A stretch of 64,000 nt of DNA from the human T2T-CHM13v2.0 reference genome, Homo sapiens. The stretch lies in NCBI RefSeq assembly GCF_009914755.1, contig NC_060947.1. One strand, written 5' to 3'. The position numbers and the translations under genes were made by a program. The notes beneath the pieces were generated by a model. The model had not been told where the DNA came from and made no database searches. It saw only the letters and a program-made list of their open reading frames with translations. Positions within the stretch are counted from its first letter, which is position 1. Each line of letters starts with the position of its first letter. Positions 27,250-50,631 of the stretch are shown here, piece by piece.

Positions 27250-27709
27250 TGTGGAGTCCTAATTAGGGAGAGAGGTCAGGCTAGGGGGATGGAGGGAAAG
27301 TAGAAAGAGAAGGCAGGTAAGTTATAAGTCTCCCTTTCTTCATGCTCCAGAACAGATAGCCCTCCTGTGCAAATAACTCACAGTCTGCCTACACCCAGCT
27401 ATCTCCAGACCCTTGGCTGATAGAAAATTGCAAGTTATCTCACTGCAACCTTGGCATTATCGGTACTGCACAAAGCCCTCTTCAGCACACAGCACAAGCA
27501 CCATCCTATAAAATCCCCAGCAAGTCTTTGTCTCTTTGCAGTCAGCTCTTCTCTCACTGACCTGCCTGTTGCACGCTTGCAACGTATTTTCATACTCTCT
27601 CTAATAAATCTGCTTTTTTTTTTTTTTTTTTCTTAACCTACAACTGTCTTGGTAAATTCTTTTTATTCCTGCACCACCGACCGCAGATAGTCGCCACTCA
27701 CCCATGACA
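27250..27709 (+). mobile_element. Intact solo LTR (460 bp, TG...CA) with 5-bp TSD ATTAG
   Basis: attag|TGTGGAGTCC...CCATGACA|attag; TATA-like cctataaaa at ~27505; AATAAA at 27603. Confidence 0.85.
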
Positions 27710-28512
27710 ATTAGCAGTTAAAGCTGACTGCTCTTTTCATAGCCTATAACTTTAAATTTGTTTTTTTCTGTAAACATTTTCAACTGGCCACATATGTCTT
27801 GAGTAGACAGAGGCTAATTGTCAGCTCTTGCTTTCTGGGTTGTTCTATTAGGGTGCTATGGCATAGGGTCCTATTAGGATCCTATGGCAAAGAGCAACAG
27901 TGAGGGTAAGTGGAAATTTTTAGGAAAACTTGACCACATCTGGGGTAACAAATTAAGGCCCAGGGGCCAGGAGTTTGGTAGAAGCAGCGTGAATCAGAAG
28001 CTCTGGGGGAAATGGAGTGGTCCCCAAAAGCAGGCACCAGCTGCAGGTGCATGAGTGAGGAGGGAGGGATGGTGCATTTATACACTGCATTAGGGCTAGC
28101 GAAACCTTTATACAGTGCATTAGCGTTAGCAAAAGGCACTTATAGGACTTTATCCCCTTTATTTTTTTTAACCACCTTGAGAAATAGAGAATGGGTTTAG
28201 AGAAGGCAGAGTGACATGCATTTTGTTCTGTTGCAGTTTGGGTATTCTTATGCCTTAGTTTGTCTCTGATATCTTTTAGCCAAGGGGAAGAGGCTGGCAA
28301 GGTTTCCATTAAAATTTATTTTCACCTTTACTTATACCAATTTGGTAGATATAGCAGGCGAGCAGTTTCCTACCTTGAACAGGGGCATGAGAAGAATGTA
28401 TCTGCTTTTGCTGCAGACAGCCCAGGTCTGGAGACCCTGCGATTGGGAAGGCTGGTTCCACTGGGTAGAAGCACTATTGTGAATAGTGATGTAGTAAAAA
28501 AGGGAGTGCAGG

Positions 28513-29172
<660 letters not shown>

Positions 29173-31269
29173 GCAGGTCTTCCTTTGGCACATTGATATA
29201 TTTCCCTTTAGATAAATACTCATTAGTGGGCTTGCTGGATCATATGGCAGTTCTAGTTTTAGTTTTTTGAGAAGTCTCCATACGGTTTTTTATAATGGCT
29301 GTACTAGTTTACATTTCCACCTGCGCAGGTCACCTGCTGGTCATCTAATTACCAAAGCAATTTTTACAAAATTCCTCTACATCTTTTTATTTATAGATAA
29401 TCACAGCTGTATGCACCAATTTATGATCCCTGAAAAAAGAGCAGCAATTATGAGACAGCTTGTTCAGGGGAAGGAGCTCAGTGTACAGGTTAGGGCCTCC
29501 CATCGCTGTCTTCCTATGTCAGATGCCCGGGCTGATTACCATGTCTATGAAATACCTCTTTAACACAGAGGGTTAACTAGCTTGCTGCAGTGGGAGGTAA
29601 GAATAACAACAGCCTGGCCATCCACTGATCCTGGAAAATGCTCATCCACAGAGCAGCTGAGCCAAGATGGTTTGAGCTATCTTTGTCTTGTTTCCTCATC
29701 TGGTTGTTAAATCCCAGAGGCCCTCTGATATTGACAGCGCAGATGCTGATATATATTAAATGTGTGGAAGCACTTCATGCCATCCCCAAATCCCTTGCTT
29801 TTTCTTCTCCTCAAACTTGTGTGTATTTTATTTTCTCTCCTTTTACATCTGCTGCCCATGGTTTTGTTCTGCCTGATTTCCCCTGTAACATAACCCCTGG
29901 TTACCAAATGCTGGAAAGTCAGATAAGATGGGAATGCTCTATGGCGTTTCATCCAGGGGATCCTGGAAAATGCAAATATACAAAACCTATCATGACCAAA
30001 GCTTCCTGTGAGGTCCCTGGAAAAACTCTGTGCACAGAGATGCCCTCAGGGGGCAGAATAACACTTTATTATTTTCTCCACTACTGGTCCTCAAAGAACT
30101 CTCACAGGAGACTGAATTCTGCCCAGAGCTCCTTTCCTGCATGTCCCAGACATCCACCATCATTTCCTCCTAAGTCCAGACTGACTGACTGACTCTGTTG
30201 CCGACATGCAAGGAAAGGGACTTCTCTTGGTTTAACAGGAAAGGAAATAGAGGGACAGAGCAAATAAAAGGGTGGTGGAGCTGTAGGGCTGGGACAGAGA
30301 CTATATGGGAGAGTAGATGTTGGACAAGGAGGGAAAATTGACACTCCAGTCAGAGGCAGCTCTGGCCTCTTAGCTCACTGTCATTCTTAAGGCAGTCTCT
30401 GGGAACCTTGGCTTCTTTAGAACACTCTACCTCTGAAATCTGTGACCTAACCCATGACTTCAAACTTGAGCATCCTTTAGGCACTTGGAGGATGTAAAGA
30501 CTATCCTCATCCTCATGGAGAGTTTATTGTTCTTGAATCTGATCCTTTTACAGGAGAAAGAAGAAGTCTTAGGCTCACCCTCTGTTAAGTACAAAAGTTT
30601 CAATATATGTTTCTAGACGTGTTTTTTTTCTTACAAAATCCTTCTATAATTCACTATTACCAATGAAGAGATCATTTAAACATAGCCTTCTCAACCTTTT
30701 CTTCAAATCCCACCATCATGAACCATTTGTCCACTGTTCTACAGTGCCAAGAACTCTCCAAATATGGTGGCCTCTTAACATGCCAGAGAGGAATGTTTTC
30801 AGACTCCCCAGATTGTTTAGGACCGCTATGGGACACAGTCCTCTCCATCAAATTTGGTACCTTGTAAATAAATGAAAATATTAGGTAAGCTGTGATGAGT
30901 GGTTCATAGCAAAGCATTTGGATTTGGAGGTTGGGTAGAGGTCTTAGATCTGAGCAAGAGAGAAATGGCTCCTTCCACATGGTAACTTTATGGTGAGCAC
31001 CATTTATATCTTGCCTCAGGGAGAGCACACATATTACACATAATGGGCCTTCTGGATCTCATTAGAGAGGTTAAAACCAAAATTGCAACAGAGGTATCCT
31101 GCCTATGATGGCACTCAAATGTATCCCAAGTCTGTACATTTGCTAAACTAACAGGGATGAGGAGCTTACACCAAGGTAACATTAATTCCAGTTGCCTTGG
31201 TCTGTGGTATGCACTTGTGTTTGAAACCTTGAACCTTCTTCAGAAAAACTGTTTGAAAAATATTTAGTT

Positions 31270-31552
31270 AGCCGGGTCCATTGGTTCACGCCTGTAATCT
31301 CAGCACTTTGAGGGGCTAAAGTGGGAGAATCATGAGCCCAGGAGTTCAGGACCAGCCTGGGCAACATGACAAGATCCCATCTTTACAAAAATTTTTTAAA
31401 AATTGGCCAGACAGACACAGTGGCTTGTGCCTATGGTCTCAGCTACTTGGGTGGGAGGATTGCTTGAGTCCAGAAGGTTGAGGCTGCAGTGAGCTGTGAT
31501 CATGCCACTGCATTCTAGCCTGGGAAACACTGAGACCCTGTCTCAAATAAAA
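31270..31552 (+). mobile_element. Alu (diverged)
   Basis: cacgcctgtaatctcagcactttg...gagaccctgtctcaaa. Confidence 0.85.
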
Positions 31553-31639
31553 ATTAGTCTTCTGAAAAACATAGGGAAATTAAAGGAAATTGAAGTCCTA
31601 GCAGAGATATCCAATGTTGGTTATTACACACTTGTGTAT

Positions 31640-33309
<1,670 letters not shown>

Positions 33310-33459
33310 TAATACTGTAAGAATAATATTGCATTGTATGTTGTGATGGTTAATTTCATGCATCAACTTGACTGAGCTAAGGAATGCCCAGATAACTAGT
33401 AAAGCATTATTACTGAGTGTGTCTGTGAGGGTGTTTGTGGAAGAGATTAGCAGTTGCTT

Positions 33460-33898
33460 ATTTTTATTTTTATGGATTTAGGAGTACAAGTGTGGTTGTG
33501 TTACATGAATATTTTGTGTCATGAAGTCTGCACTTTTAGTGTACCCATTGCCCCCATCATCCAAATAATATACATTCTACCCAATAAGTAGTATTTTCTC
33601 CTTCACCCCTTCCCACACTCCCATCTTCAATAGTCTTCAATGTCTGTTATTCCACTCTGTCTGTCTGTGTGTACTCATTGTATATCTCTCCCTTATAAGT
33701 GAGAACATGAGATTTTTTACTTTTGTTTCTGAATCATTTCACTAGGGAACATTTTCTTTGCTGTGGTAAAGTTCCTGTTATGTAAGCACATTGTTTACAT
33801 GTCTTCTGCAGCAACATGGATGAAGTGTCCTCCAGTTTCATCCATGTTGCTGCAAAAGACATGAGCCCATTCTTTTTTATGGCTGAGTAGTATTCCAT

Positions 33899-33935
<37 letters not shown>

Positions 33936-33950
33936 ACACAATGCGTGGTG

Positions 33951-33993
<43 letters not shown>

Positions 33994-34050
33994 CACATTG
34001 TTTTTATCCAGTCATCGTTGATGGACATTTACATTGATTCCATCTCCTTA
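33460..34050 (-). mobile_element. L1MA-like 3' end containing a complex insertion and (GT)n/(AGAT)n microsatellites (~33900-33992)
   Basis: ttataagtgagaacatg, ttcatccatgttgctgcaaaagacatg, tttatggctgagtagtattccatgg. Confidence 0.8.
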
Positions 34051-34314
34051 GCTCCAGGTAGATTCAGAGAAAAAGCATCAGATTATAGAAGCATAAACAT
34101 CACAGGGTTTTAGACATGATAGGAGCCTTTTTATTGTACAGCTGTAGAAACAGGGACCTGCAAAGACTGGGTGACATGTCCAAATGTTGACAGCTAGTTA
34201 GCAGCAGCAACAGGATGGCAGCTACCATCTCTGGATCCATTGCTGATTGTCCTCCCCTCCATCTCATGATGCATCAACTGGAGCAATGACAGAGAAGGGG
34301 GAAAATAAGGGGAA

Positions 34315-39825
<5,511 letters not shown>

Positions 39826-40314
39826 AGAGTATGGCTCCCAATGACTAATGTGTAGGAGTAAGGATTCTTTGACTGGGGTTCAGACAGGCAAGGAGCATGA
39901 TGCTGTTGTGCAGAGTGTAACTCCTGATAAAAATGTAAGGTAGCAAAAGATTTGCCACATGGACAAATGACAAAATAAGCAACTTAGAAGGCATGAGAAG
40001 AAGGAATGCTTGCAGCCTAATGTTTTCCTTGAAGAGCCTTTTTGGAGATGGTTGCCTATGTGCATTAGAATTTAAGAGCTTCCATAATTTGCGGAAGTAT
40101 GTTATACCCGAGAAACATTGTCTGTTAACACCGAAGATGTACTTGTGGGTGCAAATGAGAAATTTACACCTACTCAAATGGTTTGGCATTTCCAAATCCT
40201 TTGGTAGATGCCGATCTGCCTACATACAGGAGCAGAGGGAATGAATTGCAATTCTGTTATGTTCAGGAGGTGAAAATTCTACAGATGATAGGGCGGGTAA
40301 CATGCTAGCACTAA

Positions 40315-40555
40315 GTTGGTGGTTTCAGCTGGGGACAGTTGTGTTCCCCAGAGGACATTTGGCAATATCTGGAGGACATTTGTTATTTCACAACTAGGGG
40401 AGAACAGAGAAGTTGGGGACAGCATCCTGTCGGGGTTTAGTGGGTAGAGGCCAGGGATGGTGCTAAGCATCTTACAATGCACAGAACAGCCCCCTCCCCA
40501 CCAATAAAGACTCATCCAGTCCACATGTCAATAGTGTTGAGGCTGAGAAACACTA
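40315..40555. mobile_element. MER20-like hAT DNA transposon remnant (second copy at ~43400-43615)
   Basis: ggacatttggcaatatctgg...gggtagaggccagggatgg..catcttacaatgcacag...atgtcaatagtg. Confidence 0.75.
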
Positions 40556-42005
40556 TTAACAAAATCTGAGGTCCCTAAGTCAAATATCAACTCATGATAA
40601 AAACATGTTCTCATGTTATTTTTTCACACAGGAGAAATTGGTTAAGAAGTAGGTAAAGCAGTTACAGTGCTTGGTACATACTAAGCACCCAAAAAACTGT
40701 TATTTTAAAATAAGAAAAGTTATGTATTTATTTCCTGTATCAACTGAAACATGAACCTAGTAATGAAGTAGAGATGCAGAACACAGCCTGCTGGCTCTGG
40801 CCTTCTCTGATATGAATGCTATATGTTGCACTCTTATGGGGACAGGAGGTTATTAAACTCACTCTTTTGCAAATTCCTGGTATTAGTTATGGATTTGTAA
40901 GCCATTAAATCTACTTAGGGACCCCTGATGCTCCAACCCTGAGCTTTTCGTGGGCATTATTAATGGTGTTTTCAGTTTTCTTAAAAACCTCTAGTGTGTC
41001 TCACTCTTCATATTTAAAGACGGATGCTAATTTTTGAATCTTCTCTGTGCCCCGTAAAACCTTCCAGCCATTTAAAAAAATAGTGCATGGCCCTGCTTAA
41101 TTTCCTCTCTGGTTGAACTGGCATGAGGGCCTTTTAATTAAACAGAATAAACATACATTTTTGATTTAATGTGGCTTTCTTTGATACTTGCTCAACCAGC
41201 CCCTGCTCACATGGTGTCTACAGTCTAATTAGGAAGGGGAACAATCATCTGATCTCAGATTTACAACCCTTCTCTGTCATTATTTATTCATTTGCCTAGT
41301 CCACAAATCTTGACTATTTAATGTGTGCGAAGCATGAGAGAGGATGCTAGGGATATAGCCAGGAGGCATTTAGACTTCTTCCTGGCTGCAGAATGCTTCC
41401 AGTGCAGCAGGGAAGATTAAACGCAAAATAACTCAAACTGCACTTGCTTGTATCATCAGTGCTGAGAAAGAAATGCACAGTGATAAGAAAAGGGGAACTT
41501 CCTCCCATGCAAGGAATCTTAGAGGGTGTCCCTAGATAAGTCACATGAAAGCTGGGGATGGGGGCTGAAGATTGGCCTCTCCAAATTATCTCTGCCCTCC
41601 TCTCATTCTTCAGCCTTTCCGCACCTCACTCCAATATGAGGTCCATTGTTACAATCGTGGTGTTGAAGGTAGGAGAGTTCACCTTTTATTACACCCACCT
41701 AGCTATTTAAACACAAGCATGTAGTACTTGTATAGATATATTTGCTCATATTTGCAATTTCTCTGTCACGGATGTGGGGCTGGAGCCTGGATTTGCCAGC
41801 CAAAGAGTTAACAGATGTTGAACGCAATGAAGAATTGTCTCAAAACAGCTGTTCCAAGAAAGGGATAGTGTTTCGAATAAAAAGAACATTTGTTAGAGCA
41901 CACATCATCTTGAGCCTAGCCGTAAAAAAACCCGTTCACAAGATAAGCCATTGTTCGCTCTTTGTTACCAAGTTTGTGTTTAAGGAGTTAAGATTTGGGA
42001 GAGAC

Positions 42006-42349
<344 letters not shown>

Positions 42350-45300
42350 CTGGGAGAGACTTTCAACTTAGCTGCAGGTCCTGCCCAGCACAGTGTTCAC
42401 AGTCTGCAAGGAAGGTAGCAGGGTATTGCATGGGATTTTATGTTAATGATGTTCAGGGGATGATAATTCTCACCCGGGAAGGAAATGATCCATTAGTTAC
42501 ACTCTCAGTCTGTGTCTTAGGCCAGCATGAAGCCATTACATATCTTTAGCTGCAAAATAATAATTTTATGATGAGATAAGGGGTAGTTTTATTTCTGGCC
42601 TATTTTAAAAGAGAGAAGATGCAAGGCCTACGCCAGGGACTAAATCATTTCACTTCAGACTTTGTATAGAATTCATGTCAAATAAATGTCATAAATTATA
42701 AATAAGACATAAGTGTGTCACATAAAATAATTCTATGGTAATAGTTAATGACAGAGCTAAGCTGAATAAATATAGCAAATATGTGTGTGTGTGTATGTGT
42801 GTGTGTGTGTTTTCATGTAAACATTTTCCTCTATCATAGAAAGTGAATGTGACCATCGAACACATCCTTGAATTCTAGGATTAGTCCCATGGACTTAAGT
42901 CTCCCAAGGAGATAAAAGTGAAGAGACTTAAAATAAAACAAACAAAAAACTCTTTTGCCCTATTTATTTGAATAAATAAGAGTAAGATAGTCAATCACTC
43001 AATCACTTTGCAAAGCTTAGGAATCTAACTGAATAACAAAAGTACCAACTCAATGTAGATAAGGAGAATTGAGTGGATCAGGAGAGAGAGAGGTGATTGA
43101 CTATGATTAGTAGTGTCATGTGTGAAGGAAGTACCCCCGGACTGCCAGTCACATAGCTTCCCACATTTACTCTGTCTTCTTTAAAAAATATCATGCTTCT
43201 CAAAATACTTCACATTCTAAGAGTGCAGCTGCACGAACATAGAGTTGATGATTGCATGGAACAACTGTATAGGATGTTGTAAGAAAATATACTTCTCTTG
43301 GAGCTAAGAGCTATGTAGTTGACAGTGACTTCTCTCTCATTACTGGATGTCTACTCTCTCACACCAGCTTCCTCTTTTGCTGTAATAGAGTACTATTCAA
43401 GCAGGAGAAATTTTTGTCTCCCTTTCTCCCAGCAATGGCTGGTAGAGTCTGGAGACATCTTTGGATCTCATAACTGAGGGGAGTTATACATGCTACTGGC
43501 ATGTAGTGGGTAGAGGCTTGAGATGTGCTGAATATCCTGCAATGCACAGGACAGGCCCCTACACTAACAAATCATCCGTCCCCAAATGTCAATAGTGCAG
43601 AGGTTGAGAAATCCTGATTTAATGCAATTCATGACCTGTAATGGAACCCATTATCCTGGCTAATTTGCATTTGTGTGTACTCCTTTACTAAGGCTCAATT
43701 AAGTAATTTAGTGAATATTTATTCACTCGCAGGGCCATGGGGGAGAACTGCAAAAGAAAATTGAGGGATTATAAATACCTAATGGGAAGGCAAGGTGAAC
43801 ACACATGAAAACAAACCAAAAAAATTCTACTTCAAAATGTTATTGATTTTCTCCAGACCCTAATTATGTATATTCTATCATTTGCAGTGCATACCCTTTG
43901 TCTGTCTTTGCAAACTGTCAATTCAGATAATATAGTGTCTTAGTGAATTGTTGCCACAATAATGTCATGTACCAATTCTCTTCCAAGCTCAACAGATTAA
44001 CACAACAGTGTATATTTTCATTGGTTTGTCTGTTGGCTGAAACAAACAAGCTCCAGGCTGTCTGTTGGGCTGTGTCTGCTACAATGCATTTACTCTGGGG
44101 CTCAGGCTGAAAGGGAGGTAGCACATACTAGAGAAAGAGCTTCTTGTGGTGATGGCAAAAGTACAACAGGACCAAGCTAAACATGCAAGCATAACGTTTC
44201 TGTTTCCCTCACATCTGATAGCATCCCATTGGCTAAGACAAATCACATGGTTGAGCTCCAAATCAAGGCTGAACAAGTATACTGTGGTCTCTATAAGGCC
44301 AATGCAGGATACATGGCCTCACTCAATACCGGTGGGTCAGAGAAAGGATTGCGTTATTTTAACTAATAAGTTCATTTTAATATTTCCATTTCAAATTTAA
44401 CATTATAAGAATTTTTCTTAACTTGTTTTTTTAAGATTTATTACTATTTATAATTGTGGCAAAATACACATAACATAAAATTTTCCATCTTAACCATTTT
44501 TAAGTGGCATTAAGTATGTTCACACTGTTTTGCAGCCATCACCACTATCCATCTCTAGAATTCTTTTCATCTTGCAAAACTGAAACTCTGTATCTATTAA
44601 ATAATTATTCCCAATTCCCCTGGGATTGAGTACTTATTTAAAAAAAATAATAATCTACCACCCATTTTTAATGGGAGCAAGGCTTATTTTTATAGAGATA
44701 ATTGGCATATAGCATGCATTTATAGTTGTCAGCCCAACCTATGCCCAAGGTGTATTCTATCCAAGATACAGACATGTATGTCTTCGGGACCTAAGGTAGG
44801 AGCCCCACAGAAGTGTGTTTTACTCAGATAAAAAAGCCTTTTGGGAAGGAATTCCTTCCAAGTTCAGGCCGAGAAGCAGTATGGGCCATAGCCAGGGAGC
44901 CTGCATTAGAGAAATTGGTTGACATTCAGACCCATGTCCATCAATCACTCAACAGGGAAGTCTACCTAATTCTCAGGTTCCAAGCAGTAGTAGGTTAATC
45001 CAAGGGGGAAAAAGTGAAGTGTGCTTTTACTGAAATCTACATGGAATATTAGGAGCTTAGGGCATCAGCAGCATATAGCTGGCAGCTTCAGGAGCAACCA
45101 GTGCAGGAGCCAGCCAGCTGGCAGCAGTAGGGGCTTTAGCAGTGTTAAACCCCAGAGCCCATGAGATGGAGCTCAGTATCCTTATCATCAGCCACCAGTG
45201 GTGGGACTCAGACTGGGTAGGCAGTGGTTGTGAGGTCCTTTAGACAGGACCTGTTTCTATCAGCAGGAACAGGAGGCATCACTACAGAGCCCTGGGAAAT

Positions 45301-45689
45301 GACAGGCATTATTCAGTAGCCAAGGGAACTGCTCGAGTAATTAGAAAAGCACTGAAGTCTCCACCATGTGGAATGCTGAAAAGCCCTAGAAATACTGGGT
45401 TCCAGGGACAATCTGAGAGAGAAGAGCCATAGGGAGTCCTGGGTGCTAGTCTAGATACCACAGCTTGCTATGAGTATGACTAGGGCAATTCATTGAATCT
45501 CTCTGGGTCTTTGTTTTCCCTTCTAAAAGTAAGAGAATTGGGATACATGATTTGCCTGGTCTTTTCTAACCGATACTGTATTACCTGAATATTATATGAA
45601 TGTTGTTATATGATCTCAAGCCAGGCTTTATATTCATGCCACGTTTTGGTTGTAGAAAGTCTGTATTCTTTATTTATTTAATTGGTTAA

Positions 45690-46004
<315 letters not shown>

Positions 46005-47449
46005 TGACAATAAGAGAATTGGGATACATGATTTGCAAGACCTTTTTGAACTGAAATTATATTATCTGAATGTTGTGATTTGCTCTCAAGCCAGCCTTTA
46101 AGTTCATGCCAGATTTTGGTTGTATAAAGACCATAGTCTTAAACCATGCTTTAAAAAAAAAAAAAAAAGAAAGAAAGAAAGAAATAGGCAATTTCTCATT
46201 TCTTTCCAAGCATAAATATTAGCTTAAGCATTAAGATAGACAAGGTCTTTGTTGTGATGGCATTGTATAACTGGATTATTTCATGCAGTCTTATGTGAGG
46301 AATTCAGTAAGAAGTTACTTTGCATCAGCTTTATCTGTATTTAGCATTTAAGCAGATTAAGCCGAATTGAGGGCCTTTAGACTAAATGGCAAAAATGGTT
46401 TCACGTAATAATAGCAGGGTGCTTTTTACATTCATGATATCTGTTTGAACATGTTAAATTCAAGATACCAGATATATGTCTGTATGGAGACCTTAATTCA
46501 GTATTTGGATATACAGTCTCTCTGGACATAAAACTTAGGTGTTTCTAAGCATTCATTCAGTATTTAATCTCACCAAGACAGCATATGTATTTCATAAAGG
46601 TAGGGAGGAGATGAGGAAAGCAGAAAGTGTCTTGAGGCTCACAACATTTAAAGTGCAGACTGGACAGTGGACACTCAGAAGTGGCACCAGGCCAGGAAAT
46701 ATGTTTAGTCGTTGTTTGATTGTTTCTTTGAGTATTTTGCACCAAGTTAGCCTACACATTTGTTTAAATTATTAAATTGATGGTCATACAACTGCACATG
46801 CAAATCTGTGTGTCTGTCTTCTCTTTAAAAATTGGAAGCTGCTACAAGGGTGACATTCTTTAGGAGGGGTGCAAGCTCTTGGCTGGCAAAGCCCCTCCCC
46901 ATATTGATGACTAAACCCAGGCCATTTCCCATCCCCCATCCAGCCTCTGTAATTATGTGGGGTTGTGTTCCTGATTCTGAGGTCCATGAATGAGGAAGAA
47001 CCAGCAAACAGAGACTCTGCAGAAAGAGAGACACAATAGGAAACTCAGAGAGTATGTTCAAAGAGCAGTGCATTCCTGAGCAAGGGAATGGCTCACTCTG
47101 ACAGGTGTTGCTGGAAAGCCAGGGAAGAGACTCTGCCACACCATGTGCACTGGCCTTGATGTCCAGTGTCCTTAGTGACTCTGGGGGAGCTGTCTGCATG
47201 CACCAAGGCTGGTGTGAGTGCAAAAACAGATGCAGAGTGAGGTCAAGCTCACATTCCAGTTCACACGCTGAAGGACTGTCAGTGCTCCCAGATACACGGC
47301 AATGAGGGTCCAGTGTCAGGAGAGAACAGATAGGTAAACTAAAAGCCCAGACTCCACCACTACACATGCACGTAAGACACCTGCGCTGTACCCCCTAAAT
47401 CTATAAACATTTTTAAAAATTAAAAGTAAATAAAATTGGTCCTCACCAT

Positions 47450-48902
<1,453 letters not shown>

Positions 48903-48907
48903 GCTGA

Positions 48908-49156
<249 letters not shown>

Positions 49157-49559
49157 TGATCTACAGAGCACAGAACATGTAGAAACGTTCAAAACCCTCC
49201 AAACCATGCCTGGCTTCATGTAGATACACTGAGATGTAGGTGTCATGAAGGCAGGTGTGAGTTTATCTGTTTGACTATGAACAGGGAGCTGGATGAGCTC
49301 AGGGAGATCACTAAGAAGGTGTGCATCACAGTTCTTCTTTACTAATGGCTACGATGCTGCTTTCCACACATTCACATTTCCATCCCTTTTGTTCACCTAT
49401 TTCGTCTTCTCCTTTTGGCATCTGGCTTTATTCTGGTTGGTTATGGGTCTGTACTACTCTGTCCTGGCTCATCAGTGACTTACTCTCACTCTCACTCTCA
49501 CTCATGCCCAACTCTCCCTCTTCTAGCCCAGGCCCTACCCTGTCGTCAGCTATGCAGGC

Positions 49560-49920
49560 TGTCTTAGTCTGTAAAGGCTGCTATGACAAAATGCCATAGG
49601 CTGGGTGGCTTCTAAACAATAGAAATGTATTGCTCATAGTTCTGGAGGCTGGAAGCCCAAGATCAAGGCATAGCAGATTCAGCGTCTGGTGGGGACGTGC
49701 TTCCTGGTTCATAGACAGAACCTTCTCACTGTGTCTTCACATGGTGGAAGGGGGGAGGGAGCTCTCTGGGTCCCTTTTATAAGGTCATAAATCCCATTTA
49801 CAGGGCTTCATCCTCATGACCTCATCACCTCCCAAAGACCCCACCTCCTAATAAAATCCCATTGAGGGTGAGCATTTCAACATCTGAATCTGGGGGGGAC
49901 ACAAACATCGAGACCATAGC
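49560..49920 (-). mobile_element. MaLR LTR (MLT1A/MST-like)
   Basis: tgtcttagtc...gctcatagttctggaggctggaag...gggacacaaacat..accatagc. Confidence 0.8.
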
Positions 49921-50304
49921 TGACAATCAGGAGAGGTATCATGTTTTAGGACCTCATAACTTGCCAGTAATTATCAAAACAGTGGCAACAAGGCAATCAA
50001 ACGAGACTCGAGGTCATTTGACCCTTGGGTCTGAACATCCTCCCAGAAGTGGGTGTTTTGTTTCTCTCCCTCTGCGTAAAATCAACCTAACATAAGACCT
50101 ATTTTAAGGACCCTTTTGTTTAAAAAGGAAAGTAAGCCCTTGGGGAGTAGAATACTGACATTAAAATTTCACTTTCTCTTCCTAATAATGTGGAGATGAT
50201 GGCATAAAAATAGTTCTATGGAGAGCTTCATCACATGAAAGATCAATACAAACTGAATTAAAGGAGAGGATGAGGAAAGAGATTATTTGCTTCTACCAGA
50301 ACTT

Positions 50305-50631
50305 TCTTTTTTCTTTTTTTCTTCTTCTTTTTTTTTTTTTTTTTTTTTTGAGAAGGAGTTTCACTCTGTCGCCCAGCCTGGAGTGTGGTGGCACGATCTC
50401 GGGGATCACTGCAATCTCTGCCTACTAGGTTGAAGCAATTTTCCTGCCTCAGCCTCTTGAGTAGCTGGGACTACAGGTGTGCGCCACCATGCCTGGCTAA
50501 TTTTTTGTATTTTTTGAAGAGATGGGGTTTCACTATGTTGGCCAGGCTGGTCTCAAACTCCTGACCTCGTGATCCACCTGCCTCGGCCTCCCAAAGTGCT
50601 GGGGTTACAGGCATGAGCCACTGCGCCGGCC
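50305..50631 (-). mobile_element. Alu (AluS-like), TSD ccagaactttctt
   Basis: polyT plus Alu body; TSD on both sides. Confidence 0.9.

Noticed and set aside
29638-30192. 184-aa ORF
   Set aside because: No recognisable domain, family resemblance or convincing splice signals; likely chance
41020-41100. U6-like words (atgctaa..atcttctctgt, gcatggccctgc)
   Set aside because: Short, in inconsistent orientations; insufficient to call an snRNA pseudogene
46825-47367. 180-aa minus-strand ORF
   Set aside because: No recognisable homology or motif
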